64,000 nt of DNA from an uncultured Bacillales bacterium (GTDB taxonomy: Bacteria; Bacillota_I; Bacilli_A; RF39; UBA660), in contig CAMNCL010000002.1 in NCBI GenBank assembly GCA_946534345.1, positions 169-64,168 on the forward strand, in the 5' to 3' direction. A program made the position numbers and the translations under genes. This document shows positions 62,110 to 64,000 of this stretch, piece after piece; position 1 is the stretch's first letter, and each line of letters starts with the position of its first letter. A model generated the notes under the pieces. The model saw only the letters and a program-made list of their open reading frames with translations, was not told where the DNA came from and ran no database searches.

Positions 62110-63095
62110 ATTTAAGAGGAAGAGATTTCTTAAAATTACTTGATTTTACTCCAACTGAAATTAAACATTTATTAAAAGTGTCTGCTACTTTAAAAAAGCA
62201 AAGACATAATCATGAATCACATATGTATTTAAAAGGCAAACAAATAGCAATGATATTTGAAAAAGATTCAACTAGAACAAGATGTTCATTTGAAGCAGGA
62301 GCAGTAGATTTAGGAATGTCTGCTACTTACATTGGTCCTACAGGATCACAATTAGGTAAGAAAGAGACAATTGCTGATACGGCTAGAGTTCTAGCAAGAA
62401 TCTATGATGGAATTGAATATCGTGGATTTGATCAAGAAATAGTAGAAGAGTTAGCAAAATATTCAAGTGTACCAGTATGGAATGGATTAACTAATGAATT
62501 TCATCCTACACAAATGTTAGCTGACATCTTAACAGTTCAAGAACAATTTGGAGATGTTAAGGGTAAAAAGTTAGTATTCTTAGGAGATGCTAGAAACAAT
62601 GTTGCTAATTCATTAATGGTTATTTGTTCTAAGCTAGGAATGCACTTTGTTGCATGTGGACCTAGAGAATTATGGCCTAATTCTAATTTAGTAGAAACTT
62701 GTAAAGAAATAGCTAAAAAAACAGGAGCAGAATTAAGTTTTGAAGAAGATCCAATGGTTGCTACTAAAGATGCTCATGTATTATATACAGATGTTTGGGT
62801 ATCTATGGGAGAACCAATGGAATTATGGGAAGAAAGAATTAAATTACTTTCACCATATCAAGTAAATATGAAATTAATAGAAAATGCTGATAATAATGTT
62901 ATCTTCCTACATTGCTTACCTTCATTCCACAATACAGGAACAACTATAGGAAAAGAGATTGAAGAAAAGTTCGGTATTAAAGAGATGGAAGTAACAGATG
63001 AAGTCTTTGAATCAAAATATTCAAAAGTATTTGAAGAAGCAGAAAATAGACTTCATACTATTAAAGCAGTAATGTTGGAGACTTTGAAAAAATGA
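62103..63095 (+). CDS. arcB: Ornithine carbamoyltransferase (catabolic context)
   Basis: STRTR, HPTQ, HCLP. Confidence 0.95.
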   Translation: MVDLRGRDFLKLLDFTPTEIKHLLKVSATLKKQRHNHESHMYLKGKQIAMIFEKDSTRTRCSFEAGAVDLGMSATYIGPTGSQLGKKETIADTARVLARIYDGIEYRGFDQEIVEELAKYSSVPVWNGLTNEFHPTQMLADILTVQEQFGDVKGKKLVFLGDARNNVANSLMVICSKLGMHFVACGPRELWPNSNLVETCKEIAKKTGAELSFEEDPMVATKDAHVLYTDVWVSMGEPMELWEERIKLLSPYQVNMKLIENADNNVIFLHCLPSFHNTGTTIGKEIEEKFGIKEMEVTDEVFESKYSKVFEEAENRLHTIKAVMLETLKK

Positions 63096-64000
63096 GTAGA
63101 ATAGTAATCGCGTTAGGTGGAAACGCATTAGGAAATTCCCCATCAGAACAATTAAAAATAGTTAAGAACACTGCTAAAAATATTATGGATATTGTAGGAA
63201 TGGGTAATGAAGTAATTATTACTCATGGAAATGGTCCTCAAGTAGGTATGATTTATAATGCCATGTCTACTTATGCATCACTAAATAATGTTGAACCAAT
63301 GCCATTTGCTGAATGTGGAGCAATGAGTGAAGGATATATTGGTTATCATTTACAACAGGCTATTCAAAAAGAAATAGAAAAGCGTAAGATGCGTCGTAAA
63401 TGTGTCACAATAGCTACGCAAGTAGTAGTAGATAAGAATGATAAAGCATTTAATAATCCTACTAAACCAATTGGAGAATTCTTAACTAAGGCTGATGCCA
63501 AAAGATTAGCTAGTATTAATCACTGTACTTATAAAGAAGATTCAGGTAGAGGTTATAGAAGAGTAATAGCTTCACCTAAACCTCAAAGTATAGTTGAATT
63601 AAAAACAATTGAAAACTTACTTGCTGATAGAAATATAGTAATTGCCTGTGGAGGTGGAGGAGTACCTGTTATTGAAACAGCTCCAAAACACTACAAAGGT
63701 GTAGATGCAGTTATAGATAAAGATAAAACTAGTGCTTTACTTGCTAAAGAAGTTGGAGCTGATATTTTATTAATATTAACTGCTGTAGAACAAGTAAAAA
63801 TTAATTTTAATAAACCAAATGAAAAATCACTTTCTGAGTTATCAGTAGCTGATGCTAAAACATATATGGAAAGTGGAGAATTCGGGGAAGGTTCAATGCT
63901 TCCAAAAGTAGAAGCATGTCTTGATTTCATTGAACATACTAGAGGAGATCAAGAAGCAATTATTACGTCTCTAACTAAAGCTAAAAAAGCTTTAGAGGGA
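63092..64000 (+). CDS. arcC: Carbamate kinase, truncated at the window end (not in the ORF track)
   Basis: ATG 63092 MSRIVIALGGNA..THGNGPQVG..PTKPIG..GGGGVP..AVIDKD..GSMLPK. Confidence 0.95.
   Translation, partial: MSRIVIALGGNALGNSPSEQLKIVKNTAKNIMDIVGMGNEVIITHGNGPQVGMIYNAMSTYASLNNVEPMPFAECGAMSEGYIGYHLQQAIQKEIEKRKMRRKCVTIATQVVVDKNDKAFNNPTKPIGEFLTKADAKRLASINHCTYKEDSGRGYRRVIASPKPQSIVELKTIENLLADRNIVIACGGGGVPVIETAPKHYKGVDAVIDKDKTSALLAKEVGADILLILTAVEQVKINFNKPNEKSLSELSVADAKTYMESGEFGEGSMLPKVEACLDFIEHTRGDQEAIITSLTKAKKALEG

Overview
A very AT-rich chromosomal segment from a low-GC Bacillota/Bacilli genome using the standard genetic code; the gene style suggests an uncultured RF39-like gut or rumen lineage (inference). 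The backbone is housekeeping: addB-addA, L21 leader-rplU-prp-rpmA, obgE, yebC, ruvAB, queA-tgt, pilC-pilD, dnaB, ppaC, a phosphohexomutase, a helD-like helicase, mtaB-recD2-map, tetR/MMPL/Pip-like genes, an ABC exporter, a class B sortase and arcA-arcB-arcC, interspersed with many orphan, surface and pilin-like genes. No rRNA, tRNA, CRISPR array, transposase, integrase or reverse transcriptase was seen. The most notable signal is a ~1.5 kb cassette present twice (~20580-22085 and ~42145-43785). Each copy has (i) an unannotated type I toxin-antitoxin-like module (25-aa hydrophobic peptide on the minus strand plus a convergent ~70-nt sRNA) and (ii) a SipW-type/TasA-like secreted protein whose last 37 codons resemble a diversity-generating retroelement (DGR) variable repeat; the RT and template repeat would have to lie outside the window. 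Other leads: a RelE/HigB-like-domain gene coupled to an mTERF-like repeat gene, a catalytically degenerate iPGM homologue, a leader-peptide attenuator before the ABC exporter, and very Cys-rich pilin-like adhesins. All family assignments are motif recognition by eye, not database hits.
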